A stretch of DNA of 64,000 bases. Source: the human T2T-CHM13v2.0 reference genome, Homo sapiens. A program made the position numbers and the translations under genes. The notes under the pieces are model-generated. The model saw nothing but the letters and a program-made list of their open reading frames with translations, was not told the DNA's origin and ran no database searches. Every line of letters starts with the position of its first letter. Position 1 is the stretch's first letter. The stretch lies in the NCBI RefSeq assembly GCF_009914755.1, contig NC_060945.1; one strand, given 5' to 3'. This document shows positions 15,998 to 34,239 of this stretch, in pieces.

Positions 15998-16176
15998 CTG
16001 TGCTGTCCGGGACTGAGCCACTAGCCACATGCTGTTATTTAAATTTAAATTTAAATCAATTAATAAAATGTAAAAGTCACCTGCTCAGTTGCACTAGTCA
16101 CATTTCAAGCGCTCAATAGCCACATGGCCAGTGGCTACTGTCTTGGACAGTGCAGACAGTTCTGTTGGACAGTGCT
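15998..16176. mobile_element. MER3/MER33-like hAT MITE
   Basis: agccactagccacatg...ctagtcacatttcaagcgctcaatagccacatg...ttggacagtgc. Confidence 0.75.
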
Positions 16177-16924
16177 GAGCTAGTGTATGAAGTCAGGCAT
16201 GGAGACGCCTGCTCAATTCATTGATAAAATGGGACAGATATTTCCCTGCCCTCACCAACTGAGAACATAATCAGATATCAAAATCCCAGGCACAGAAATG
16301 TGGGAACCCAGCTCCACCTTACCCGACCTCTGCCCACCTTCCTGGGGATACCCCTGCATGTCTCTTGTCTCCAAACCCCGAAGGCTCAGTGCACAGGCTC
16401 CTGTCCCCCTGGGGCTGCAGCCTCACCTTCATGGGCTCTGAGCCCCAAAGAGCCACGACCGCAGGAGTTGTGCCCCTTCCGTCCCCTGGCCACACTCAGC
16501 CTGCTGCTCCTTTTTGTTCCTAACACACAACCCGGCCATGGTCCTGTGGCAGCTGCTGTGACTGTCACCTCTCTGGGCACTGCTGCTGCTGTTAACTCCC
16601 CTTCCTTTGTGCCCTGAAAAGGGTGTGACCACCTTGGAGAGCCTAAAGGGCTCCTTTTTCCTGACCCTGCAGCCATCTGCACCCCAGGAACATTCGAGAG
16701 AAACCTCAGGCCAGATCTTTTCCTCTCACCTGGGCCCTGCCTGCCCCCCGCTCCAGGAGGAGCCCCTGGGTCCACCCAGGAAGGAACTGCACCTCCTGCC
16801 CTCCTCTTTCTCTCTCCCTTTGATCCCTTCTTCTCTTTGCTGAGCCCATGAGCAGATTCAGCAGGGGCCCTTTCTTTATCCTTCAGGGGCTTAGCTGCAT
16901 AAGACAAAGTGTAAGAATGACGGT

Positions 16925-17545
<621 letters not shown>

Positions 17546-19190
17546 CAATTGACATCGAAGAATGACAGTAAATGGCCAAACCAAGTGGCCCTGGGAGCTC
17601 AGAGAAAATGATTCCACCAAATGGACTAGGGGAAGCTTATCAGAGATCACGCTCAACATGGTCCTCTAAGAATAGGCAGAATTTCCAAAGGTGAAGGAAG
17701 GTAGGGAAGGGAGCAGCCAGGAGGTGGGAACAGGAACAGCACGTTTAAGTACAGGGAACAGCCAGAGTGAGGGAAAATAAGGCTAAAAGGGTGAAGGGCA
17801 CCTGGAGAATGTTGATATTTTGGGCTTTGGCGCGTGCCTGTGTCCTGGCTGTAAGAACATTACGCACTTTGGGCGGCATCACTCAGCCTGCTCCTGGTTG
17901 TGGGTCCATTATCTGCTCCTAATATTGTCTTTCGTCTCGGGATTGTGAACAGATAAGGAACCCACAGCCAGGAGCAGGCTGGGCCTGGCCTCCAACCTTG
18001 ACCTTCTGACTCTTGGAATAGTAATTGCTCCGGATTTTAAGGTCACTGAACACCATCCAGTTAATCTCGATATCTTGGAAGTGACCAAATTACAGCTGAA
18101 TTTCGTTGAAGAAATTAAAATCATCACTCTTATCCTAAGAGTGATTATCCTAAGTATTCCGGTGACTGACTCACCTGGGACACTTTAAGATGCAGTTAAT
18201 ATCATCAATGCAAATAGACCTCAAGGGTCTAACAAATTATTTCTGGCAGAGCCCTTTTTTGAAATGTTTCTAGTCTTTGCCCCAAGACTGCTCACTGCCT
18301 AATTGCATTTCTTTCCAATGGGTCTAACAGAAAATCCCATTGGAAATTTATCTTCAGGTGAAAATGCCGCCTTCCTGCTTTTAAGCGAACTGCCTGTGAT
18401 ATCATGAGCTCAGGCTGCAGAGGCTCAGCCAAACAAAGAGAGGAAAGCTGGTTACTTCTGATTGGGAGGACGTATTAATTCCCCACACTTTCCCTGTTCC
18501 AAACTCATGACTCCATGGATTGAGTCCTTTTAAGAAAAGAAAATAGAGCCTGTCATTTCCTATTGTTTCAAAGACAAAATCCAGCCTGGGAAAGATTAAG
18601 GGAAGAGGACGGGACTCGTGTTCAGATGACTAAGCACCAACCTGACCTGGAAAAGGCTCGATTAGTTTTTGAGGAAGGGAGGGTGCTCCAATTAGAGGCA
18701 TGTGTAAAATAATGACATTACCTCACTAAAAGAGAAAAAGGAAAACATTCCCAACTCACTAACAATGAACTAGCAAGAAAATGTGTTGCTAATCTGTGAA
18801 GAATTTGCAAACCCAGTGAGTTGCCACCCAGCTCTGAGCTCCCAAACTTCCTTCCTTAGAACTTGACCTCTGATTGTAAAACCCTGGGCCCTGGGAGAGA
18901 GGGGCCTGTGCTGGTCAGCAAGGGGGAATCACATGGACCAGCCAAGCCCAGCTCTGCTCCGCCCGGGGTTTCTGGTAAATGAGCCTCTGTCACTCAGTTC
19001 GTACACATGGATACTTCTTATTGAAGATGTCTTGGGAAAAAGTCAAGCTGCTCTGAAAAAATAATAAAAATGCACTGTATCATGTTTTTAAAAGAGCTAG
19101 ATCTCTATGTACCGACATGGAAAATCCTTAAAGTCATTATTAAATAATACATAGATTATGATAACGTGTTTTTAAAAAGACTCAAAACTG

Positions 19191-19485
<295 letters not shown>

Positions 19486-20590
19486 AACTAAAATGTTGGT
19501 GGTTTGGACAAATCCTGCCCCTGCACCCCACCTGCATGTCCCCTCCATGACTTCCTGTTGTGTACCAGGGTCCCTGAGGTGGGCTGAAAGAGGGCCGGGA
19601 GCTGGCTGTTCAGAGTCCCCCAGAAGCAAAAGCAGTGGGCCTCTGGCCCTGTGGGCAGGGCTGGCTGAAGCAGAGCCAGGAGGGAGGGCTGAGGAAGGCT
19701 GTCGTGCACCTGCCTGGCCAGCCGTGGGCAGTAGAAAAGAGGCTGGGATGGGGCCAGGTGAGCCCAGCTCAGGTCGGGGGCCTGGCAGGCCCTGGACATG
19801 TCTGCTCACAGCTGCTCAGAAGTGGCTCCTCGGGTTGGCCCTTGCTGCCCTCTGAGCTCTTGTCTCTGCATTCTCCATCCACCCCCACCCCAGCTTCTTG
19901 CCGGCCCTGTGCACAGACACCTAAGGCCCGCCTCTTAGGGTCAGCTTGCCCTCAAAAAGAGAAGAAAGCATAGGTTTCCAGGACTGGCTGATGAAGGGAG
20001 GGTTTGGGATTTCTGGAGACTTGAAGTTGAGCTTGAATTCCTCCCCTCTGACTTTCCCAGGCCAAGGCGTCCAGCACCCAGGGACCAAGCCCTGGTCCTC
20101 AGCAGAGACCGTCTGCAGCCCCTGCCCTGGTCTCGCTAACACTGGTTTAATATATCTACAACGAGAGATTCCCAAACCCCACCCAAGAGTCCCTGAGGGC
20201 AGACCTTGGGGCTCCAGGCCCAGGAATCTGCATTCTCCGCCCCCCAAACTCCCCCCAGGGGTCCTGATAGGCAGACAGCTGAGAGCTGGGCTTGCCTCCA
20301 CCTGGGTCCCTGAAACCCAGCACCCCGCCCTGTTGCTTGTCTCTTGCAGCCCAACTCCTGCAGCTGGGCCTTCTGCTCATCCTGTACAGAAACCCTCTGT
20401 TTGCTCCTGCAGACCTGCTCTCCATGGCCCCCAGCCTGCTCCACTGTCCTGTACCTCCAGACCCCCATCAGCATCTCCCCGCCTGTCTGCTGGGTTCAGC
20501 CAATGGGGAGCCTGGCAGGAGAAAGTCATGCCATCAGCTTTGAAGATACTTTCCTTTCCTGACTTCTTATCCTGGGGTTCCTGAACTCTG

Positions 20591-20884
<294 letters not shown>

Positions 20885-21307
20885 GAGGTTCCTGAACTCT
20901 TAAGGGGACCACTGATCTTTTCTAGAGCTCCATGAGCCCTCTGAAGTTTTAAGCAAAAGTTTGTATATTTGAGAATGTGAATCTTTCTGGCTTTTTCATG
21001 GGATTGCAACGAGGATCCAAAGAGATAATACAAATGATGTCAGCTTTGACAACCACTAACTGCCCAAAAATATAAGGTATTATCATAATCACAGCAAGAT
21101 CAAAAGAGGTTAATGCGCGTCTCTCTGTGTCAAGTGTTCATGAAACTTCTGTTGAAGTTGGCCACCAGATTGGGCCAGCATGCACATGGGCAGCAGACAA
21201 CAGCTTTACAGGTTGTTAGAATGAGAGGCTGAACCCTAGCCTCTGGAAGGTGACACCGCAGAGGCCATCCACAGAAGTGTGGGTCTTCCTAGAAAATGAT
21301 GCAGGCA

Positions 21308-23346
<2,039 letters not shown>

Positions 23347-23619
23347 AGAAAATGATGCAGGCACTGCAAATAGAACATACTTGGGTGCATGTCGGGGAAA
23401 GCGGAGGGGGAGACACCAGGGTCCATGACCCCATGGCATGAGGACATGATTGTGGAGCCGCTCTCTTGCTGTCCACAAAGTCACTGTAAAAGCAAAGTGC
23501 CAAACATTTTCAGTGAGGGCCTTTTTGCTCATTGGTCATGACTGGTGTCAGGCAACCCTTGGAAATTTCCTCACGACCTTAGAGGGACAGCATCACCTGC
23601 AGTTTCTATGGCAGAGATT

Positions 23620-24052
23620 CCATAGTAGGTTGAACACTGCTCCCCCAAATACACGTCTTCCTGGAACCTCAGAATGTGACCTTATTTGGAGACAGGGTCT
23701 TCACAGTTATAATTAGTTAAGATGAGGTGGCACTGATGGGCTCTAACTCCAATGACTGGCGGCTTTCTAAGAAGGGGGAAGACAGACAGACACACAGAGA
23801 AGAATGCCACGTGACTAGAGAGGCAGAGACTGGAGTGACGCAGCCACAAACCAAAAGTGCAAAGGATTGCCAGGGGCCACCAGGTGCCGGAAGAGGCAAG
23901 GCAGGACCCCCTTCTTGGTCTTCAGAGGGAGCACAGCCCTGCCAACACCTTTATTTGAGACCCCTGGCCCCCAGAACTGGGAGAGAATAAATTTCTGTTG
24001 TTTTAAGCCACACCATTTGTGGTCATTAGTTATGGCAGCCACAGAAACTAGC
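23620..24052 (+). mobile_element. MLT1B/C MaLR solo LTR
   Basis: gaacctcagaatgtgaccttatttgga...aataaatttctgttgttttaagccac. Confidence 0.85.
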
Positions 24053-24229
24053 ACAGAAGCTTCCAGAGCTGCTCCCAAGAGTGGAAGTGGCACAAGGCGA
24101 GGCATGGACTAGTCACAGATCCCCAGCCAGAAGCAGGGGACACATTCACACTGGGATGACTCAAGGAACTGTATGTACAAAGCACGAGCTGAGCCCTGCT
24201 CTGTGCCAGACACCATGCTGGGTGGAGGC

Positions 24230-24605
24230 CAGGAGTTGCTGGAAAAGCTGTAACAACCAGCAACCCCAGGTGTGGGCAGAGAAGTGCTGATTTGTAGCAT
24301 CTGCCAATTTCTGTGGTGTAAATACTCCCTCCTTGGCCAACGCGAGTGTAACACAACGTCCTTCATATAGTGTTTCTACCCTACAGGTACAATCAATGTC
24401 AATGACCTCAAGACAATAGTAAAATAAGGTGAAATAATTAGGAAATGTTGAGTTTTGAGAATTGACAGCCTTTGTGCCTAATATAATCTATTTAATTGTA
24501 AGCTTCTGTAATTTAGTATTTCATGGTGACTGTGTTTAACAACCAATTTGCAAAAATTCCTGAATGTTTAACCATCAGCTGCCATGAGCCAGAGCTGGCT
24601 ACAAG
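24230..24605. mobile_element. MER63-like hAT element
   Basis: ctgatttgtagcatctgccaatttctgtggtgtaaatactccc...tgtgtttaacaacc...aaattcctgaa. Confidence 0.7.
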
Positions 24606-24932
24606 AAGTAGAGCAGTAAAGATGGCAGACGGCTAACATAACCTCAACTAGGTGGGGCCTGGAATGCAGCAATCTGGCTCCAATAGGATGCTTTTGGGTA
24701 GATGTGCCTGGAGCACCTCCACCTCTGAGGCCCGCAAAGCTGCCCCAGAGGAAGGGTGGCCTGCAGAGCAGCCTCTGCATCAGCTCTCAGCTGGTCCAGG
24801 GCACAGCATCAGTTGAAGAACACTGACTATGCCCAGTCACATCAGCTTCCAACTGTGAGCTCTCAGGAGACCTGTTGATGCAGAGATTCCTGGAGGTGGT
24901 ACCAAAAAAGCCAGGAGCAGGTGGGCACTGGT

Positions 24933-25090
24933 GCACATACAATACACATATAGACACACACACACCATGCACAGAACATACAGACACATGCATGCACAGA
25001 ACATGTAGATAGGTACACACACATGCACAGAGCACGCAGACACACACACATGCACAGAACATGCAGATACACACACATGCACAAACACAC
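24933..25090. repeat. Degenerate (CA)n/CATG array
   Basis: Directly visible. Opposite polarity to the 1640 and 27325 arrays. Confidence 0.9.
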
Positions 25091-25093
25091 TCC

Positions 25094-25447
25094 TGTTACG
25101 GTTTGGCTGTGTCCCCACCCAAATCTCATCTTGAATTCCCATGTGATGGGGGAGGGACCCGGTGGGAGGCAATTAAATCATGGGGGCTGGTCTTTCCTGT
25201 GCTGTTCTCGTGATAGTGAATAAGTCTCATGAGATCTGATCACTTTTTAAGGGGAAGTTTCTCGGCACAAGCTCTCTCTTTGCCTGCCGCCATCCATGTA
25301 AGATGTGACTTGCTCCTCCTTGCCTCCCGCCATGATTGTGAGGCCTCCCCAGCCATGTGGAACTGTAAGTCTAATAAACTTCTTTCTTTTGTAAATTGCC
25401 CAGTCTTGGCTATGTCTTTATCAGCAGTGTGAAAACGGACTAATACA
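25094..25447 (+). mobile_element. THE1-type MaLR solo LTR
   Basis: TG...CA ends, 5-bp TSD actcc, AATAAA, THE1 consensus ggtttggctgtgtccccacccaaatctcatcttgaatt. Confidence 0.92.
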
Positions 25448-25842
25448 ACTCCTTTTTGCATTTTTGCCACAACAGTTTCCTTCAGTACAACAGCTACTTT
25501 TTAAGGAGTGCTTTCTGTCAGGGACCAGGCCAGGCACTAGGAATATTCACATGAAGAAGGCAAAGCCCAGGACCTTCCATCAGTTGGTGAGGCCTGTGAT
25601 TGGCCACAGCTGCCTGCGTCTCATTCTGCCGCTGATCTAAGGAAGCCCTTCATTGCCACATATCTCAGCCTTAATCTCCATTGTCAGCTCTCTCCATCCT
25701 GAAGGTGAGAGGTGGTTGCTAGTTACTTTAGAGCTAGGATGGGAAACAGGGTTTGATTTCTACAGCCCTCACAAATACCTGCATTTGGCATTGCGCACAA
25801 TTCGTGATGTAGATGCAACATGAAGTGAGGTGAAAATTGGTA

Positions 25843-26098
25843 GGCTGGGCATGTCAGCTCATGCCTGTAATGCCAGCACTTTGGGAGGCTGAGCTCAGGA
25901 GTTTGAGACCAGCCTGGGCAACATGGTGAAACCCTATCTCTACCCAAAGTACAAAAAATTAGCTGAGCACTACCGCGCACTTGTAGTCCCAACTACTCGG
26001 AAGGCTGAGGTGGGAGGATTGCTTCAGCCAGGGAGGTGAAGTTTGCAGTGATCCAAGGTTGAAACACTGCATTCCAGCCTGGGTGACAGAGTGAGACA
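25843..26098 (+). mobile_element. Alu (J-type)
   Basis: Diverged dimer. Confidence 0.9.
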
Positions 26099-26210
26099 GG
26101 GAGGGAGGGAGGGAGGGAGGGAGGGAGGGAGGGAGGAAGGAAGGAAGGAAGGAAGGAAGGAAGGAAGGAAGGAAGGAAGGAAAGAAGGAAGGAAAGAAGG
26201 AAGGAAGGAA
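26099..26210. repeat. (GGGA)n-(GGAA)n microsatellite in place of the Alu tail
   Basis: About 9 GGGA units, then 12 consecutive GGAA, then interrupted GGAA. Confidence 0.95.
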
Positions 26211-27324
26211 TTGGTCACCTGGACTGGGTTATGTGAGTTCCTGTGAGTACTTCTTATAGCTATAGTAATTTCAACCAGGAACACCAATCATTCTGGTTTG
26301 TGAGGGATGAATGGGTTAGTGCTACAATGAGGGTAGTAGTCTTAGGCAATACGGGATGGGCAACCATCCTAATTCTCACCTCCCTTCTGACAGCTCAAGT
26401 TTGAATACTGAGGTCTGCAAGGACATTATACTGAGACCTGCAAGGACATTTGTCTCACATTGCAATAAACAGCCACCGGGTTCTAAATCTGATTTTGCTT
26501 AAATCCATTTCTCTAAGAAATATTATAGCATTTACTCCTTTTCATTGTATAAGACATGTTGAAAAACAGCCATTCATTTCTAAATCCTTCTTTTCAGTCA
26601 CTTTTAATATTCTTTTAAAAAGAGAGAAAGGAAAAGAAAAGACTTCTTGGGACTAAAACTTATCATAGTTGGATGAAACCCAAAGGTGAATATTTATTTC
26701 AGCAAAATTCATTCGGGGCCTTGAAAGTCAAGTGTGTGAATATAAAATACACCTTTTCAGCCTGGGATCATGCCCTTTTCTGTGCTTGGATGGCTGAACT
26801 ATGAAATGCCAGGTTGACATATTCAGTGCTTCCAGGAATGTGACCCCAGAAGAAACAAAGGGGAATGTGGCATTTGTGGAGGTGGCCAGGCCGGTCAGCC
26901 AACTTGGCTGGGTTCTGGAAGGGTCTAGTCCATGGGCTCCCACCATATCCCAGGTGATTCTATCTGCTCAGAGTTCACAGGAACCACAGATTCCCACACC
27001 TTCATTCCCGAGGGGTGGGTGAGGGGGTGTCTACATGCTCCTTCTCAAGCACAGCTGTCATTTGTTCCAGCTTTGTCTCCCCATCCTGAATCCAGCACGA
27101 GGAGGTGTCTGGATCTCACACAGGATGCATTCACAGGGGCTGGGGTGGAAGGATCAATCAGCACCTTCAAATTCCAGCCCTCACTGCTGCCAAGACAGGG
27201 CACCACGTTCTCGCGCTCACAAAGACGATCCTGCACCAGAGCTGCATGAACAGGGCTTTCACCTTTTCATTTGCTCACTCATTCCTTCCATCAGAATCAA
27301 TGGCTGTTTGCAGGACAAACAAAA

Positions 27325-27948
27325 TGCACGTGCCTGCATGTGTGTGTCTGTGTGTGCTTGTGCATGTCTGTGTGCATGCCTATGTGTGTCTCTCTGTGCT
27401 CGTCCATGTGTGTGTGCATGCATGTGTGCCTGTGTGTGCATGCTATGTGTCTGTGTGTGCATGTGTGTGTGCATGCTGAGTCTGTGTGTGCATGTGTGTG
27501 TGCATGATATGTGTCTCTGTGTGTGCATGTGTGTGCCTGCATACATGTGTCTGTGTGTGCTCATGCATGTGTGTGCATGACTGTGTGTCTCTGTGTGTGC
27601 TTGTGCGTGCATGTGTGCACGCCTATGTGTGTCTGTGTGTGCTTGTGCATGCATGCCTATGTGTGTGTGTGCTTGTGCATCTGTGTGTACATGCCTATGT
27701 ATGTCTGTGTGTGCTTGTGCATGACTGTGTGCGTGCCTGTGTGTGTGCTGTGCATGTGTGTGTGCATGTCTATGTGTCTGTGCGTGTGTGTGCATGCCTA
27801 TGTGTGTCTGCTCATGCATGCATGTGTGCATGCCTGTGTGTCTGTGTGCTCGTGCATGCGTGTGTACATGTCTGTGTGTCTGCATGCTCACATGTGTGTG
27901 TGCGTGTGTATGTGTGTGTACACATACATGCATGTGTGCGTGCGTATG
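27325..27948. repeat. Degenerate (TG)n/TGCA array, about 620 bp
   Basis: Directly visible. Confidence 0.95.
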
Positions 27949-28064
27949 CTATTTCTCTCTCAAGACCACATTGCAAACTGGCCCCTGTGGGATGTTGTTT
28001 CTGCCTTACAGATTGACATGTGTATGTTTGAACAGAGGCCGGCCAGCATGGGGTCACACTGGCT

Positions 28065-28268
28065 TCAGTTAACCTGGGTTCCAATCCTGCCTCTGCCACT
28101 TGGTAGCGGTGACACCTTGGTGACTTTCTGGGCACCATTTCTGCCTCCATTTGCTCATCTGTAAAATGGAGACCACACAAGGCTGCTGTGAGAAGTAAAC
28201 AAGGTAAGGAATGCGAAGTGCCCCACAGGACCCAAGCGTGGTAGCCCCCAGTAAATGGTAGCTGCTGT
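28065..28268 (+). mobile_element. MIR
   Basis: cctgggttccaatcctgcctctgccactt...ctcatctgtaaaatgg. Confidence 0.8.
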
Positions 28269-28758
28269 TCCCCTAGGATGTGCCCGTTGTTCTAGCCCCG
28301 CCAGGCATGCTCCCTGCCCCTCTCTCTGCTTGCTGGGAAAGGCTGGGTTTGGTTGATAAAGTGGAAAGTTTTCCTTTCTCTGATCTCTCTCTCATCACCA
28401 GTAGGTAGTTCATCCACACAGAATACACAGAAAGTTTTCCCAGCTTTCATGAAAAGGAAACCCGGGAGGAGGTGGGCAATGGAGGGCGGCATCTCTGTGC
28501 TTACCTGGCTAGGCCCTGGACTCAGAGCCCCCGCTATGACCCGGGTTGTTTCTCTGGAAAAGGCCCAGGTCACCTCAGTCCTGAAAATTATTCACTCCTA
28601 GTCAGCGCCAGTGTCTGCCCATCACCCTCAAAAGCCTCGGAAAGTCCCACACAGCGGCTCCCCAAATCAGTCCTCTGGACCCCTGCCAGGGAGCTCACAG
28701 GACGTACTGTCTTCTTAAAATCCTGTTTTCTAAGGCTTATCTAGGAAAACAGTGAAAG

Positions 28759-28759
<1 letters not shown>

Positions 28760-28811
<52 letters not shown>
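28760..28811. repeat. (TA)n microsatellite
   Basis: About 26 perfect TA units. Confidence 0.95.
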
Positions 28812-28815
<4 letters not shown>

Positions 28816-28869
28816 CATCTGATAGCATGTGCTAAACTGTGTGATTCCTACATCTAAAAATATCAGCAT

Positions 28870-29975
<1,106 letters not shown>

Positions 29976-30439
29976 ATATATGTGTATACATATATAAACA
30001 TTCATATTCATACTTGCAGAATTAATCACTAACACTATGAAACCCAGCCCTTGCGTGGCTCTGCCAATGGCTGGCCCAGCCACCAGCCCCATGTCAATTG
30101 CCTGAGTCCGTCCCACTAGGATGGAGCCTGCAGTCCTTTCCACCCTGCAGTGAGGCCATTCTGGGAAAACCCGGTATACACAAGAGTATCCACGGAAAAC
30201 AGACCAAATTAAATGAGATGCATGGTGTTGGTCGTGCAGGGACACAGGCACATGGAGCGGGTGGGGTAGGCAGGAACTGAACAATAAAAGGACCCAGACA
30301 AGATCCTAAAAGAATTGGAGAGATGAAAAAGTGTCCTAACTCATTAAATCCCATTCGTTTATTCATTCAATAAATACTTTTTTTCATTTGCCATCTGTAC
30401 AACTTCTTTGATAGGGTCAGATATTTTGCTCATTTTTAA

Positions 30440-30781
<342 letters not shown>

Positions 30782-30807
30782 TATAGTTGGGTTTTAAGGG
30801 TTCTTTA

Positions 30808-31585
<778 letters not shown>

Positions 31586-31706
31586 CTATTTGCAGAAGAT
31601 CATGAGAGAAGATGGGTTGGGGGTAGGGGGTGGGTCCCTGTGAAGGACTTAGACTTTGGGCTCTGTATTTGTTTCCTGTGACTGCTGTAACAAATTGCCA
31701 CAAACT

Positions 31707-31876
31707 GGCCGGGCGCGGTGGCTCATGCTTGTAATCGCAGCATTTTGAGAGGCCAAGGTGGGCGGATCACCTGAGGTCATCCTGGCCAACATGGTGAAAC
31801 CCCATCTCTACTAAAAATACAAAAATTAGCAGGTGTGGTGGTGCATACCTGTAATCCCAGCTACTCGCGAGGCTGC
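31707..31876 (+). mobile_element. 3'-truncated Alu preceded by a MaLR LTR terminus (~31663-31706)
   Basis: Alu stops abruptly at gaggctg with no tail. Confidence 0.8.
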
Positions 31877-32292
31877 ATTGAGTGTTGCTGAGAACTCATG
31901 CAGGTGACGGACCACTGGATCCAACAGCATGAAGGCCAGCAGTGACCTTGGCCAGAGCCACTTTTGTGAGGTGGTGTGCATGTGAGTAATGTGGACCAGA
32001 GCCAGCTGGAGTAGGATCAGGAGAAGAAGGGAGGAAACAGCAGGTGTGGGCCACTGTCCTAAAGTTATCTATGAAAGTTATTCTTCTATAAAGAGGCACA
32101 GATAAGTGAAGCAATAGTGAGAGGAGGGGTATCAAGAGAGAATGTTTTAGTATGCCATTTTGTTTATTTATTTACTTGTTACATAAATGAAGTTATATTT
32201 ATATATTTTAGTAAGTTACTTTCTTTGGGCAAAATACATTGTAATTATCCTATTTGCTATAGTTCTGCAATTAACTTCAAAATTTTTAAAGT

Positions 32293-32738
<446 letters not shown>

Positions 32739-32779
32739 TTATTTATTTATTTTTTTGAGATGGAGTCTCGCTCTGTTGA

Positions 32780-33390
32780 GTGACAACACATGGTCTCACT
32801 TATATGCGGAAGCTAAAGAAGAGCTCACAGACTTGGTGAATAGAACAGTGGTTACAGGAAACAGCAGGGGAGTGAGGTGCTGGCGGTGGGGAGCTTGGTT
32901 AACATGAACAAAGCTACAATTAGAAAGGAAGAAGTTTTGGTCTTCTCATGGGGTGAGTAATTTACTGTATATTTTCAAGCAGCTAGAAGAGAGGATTTTG
33001 AATGCTTTCAACACAAACAAATGATAACTGTTTGAGGTCATGGATATGCTAATTAGACTGATTTGATTATTACACACGGTACCCATGCACCAATACATCA
33101 CACTTTACCCCATAAATATCTACAATTATTACATGTCAATTTAAAAAATCCATGGAAACAAAAAGTAGAATGACTTTTGCTAGAGTCTTGGGGAAGAGAG
33201 AAATGATGAGCTAGTGTTTAATGGGTCCAGAGATTCTGGTCAGGATGAAAAAGTTCTGGAATTGGATGGTGGTGATGATGGTTGCACAAAATTGTGAATT
33301 TACCTAATGCCACAGGGCTGTACTCTTAAAATGTTAAAATGGTAAGTTTTATGTTACATATGTCTCATCACAATTAAAAATAAAAGAGTA
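32780..33390 (+). mobile_element. L1M 3' UTR fragments, preceded by a short antisense Alu tail fragment (32728-32778)
   Basis: catggtctcacttatatg...ctagaagagaggattttgaatg. Confidence 0.75.
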
Positions 33391-33819
33391 CATGCATTCA
33401 TTTTGAGAAAAAACAAGTCTCCTTCACTTTGAAGGTGTCAGCTCCCAGAACATAAGGACAAAGAGAAAACCTCAGAGTCATGTTTAACATGTCTGATTTA
33501 TACTGAGGACAAATTAAAGAAAGTAATTTATATAACGAAGAGTAAACTTATGGAACTCATTGCCGAAAGAGGAGGCACAGACATAAAAATATCCAAAGAC
33601 ATCTACGAGGAATTGTTCACACATTTATTGCATTTATTGACAGCAGCCTAACAGAACATGGAGCACGATCACGTTTGGAGTCACCCTGAGGTTCACATCA
33701 CAGCACACAAGCAGCTTTTTGCCCTACAGGCATTGCGCCCCAGTGAGTTTCTGAGGACAGGAATGGGGAGCTGGACGGACCTGCAGGTCCTCCCCATGGA
33801 ACAAACGCTGCACCTTGCA

Positions 33820-34100
33820 CACACCTGGGTCCCTGCTATGTCCAGCCCCAACCTGTGCACAGTGAGGAGAGCACACCTGGTGATCAGGATGGGGTCCACC
33901 CTGAGATGTTCATCGCCTACCTGTGCATGATGAGGGCAGCACACCTGGTTGTAAACACAAGGTCACCCCTGAGATGCCCAGTGCCTACCTCTACATGGTA
34001 AGGACAGCACAAAGTCACCTCTGAAATGCCCAGTGCTTGTACATTGTGAGGGAATCACACCTGGTTGTCAGCACGGCATCACCTCTGAGATGTCCTCCCG
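33820..34100. repeat. Degenerate minisatellite, about 68-bp unit, 4-5 copies
   Basis: Recurring cacacctggt...cacc(c/t)ctgagatg...gcctacct...ca(t/c)...tgagg. Confidence 0.75.
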
Positions 34101-34239
34101 TTCACATGTGTAGCAACAGAAAAGGTCTGGCTTAACAACTGTCATTCTCAGCTCCCAAACAAAGCAGAATAGGGTGTTGTACTCATATTTAAAGCTTTGT
34201 TTTGTATCGTATCTGTTTTTATAAATTGTCTATTTCTTT

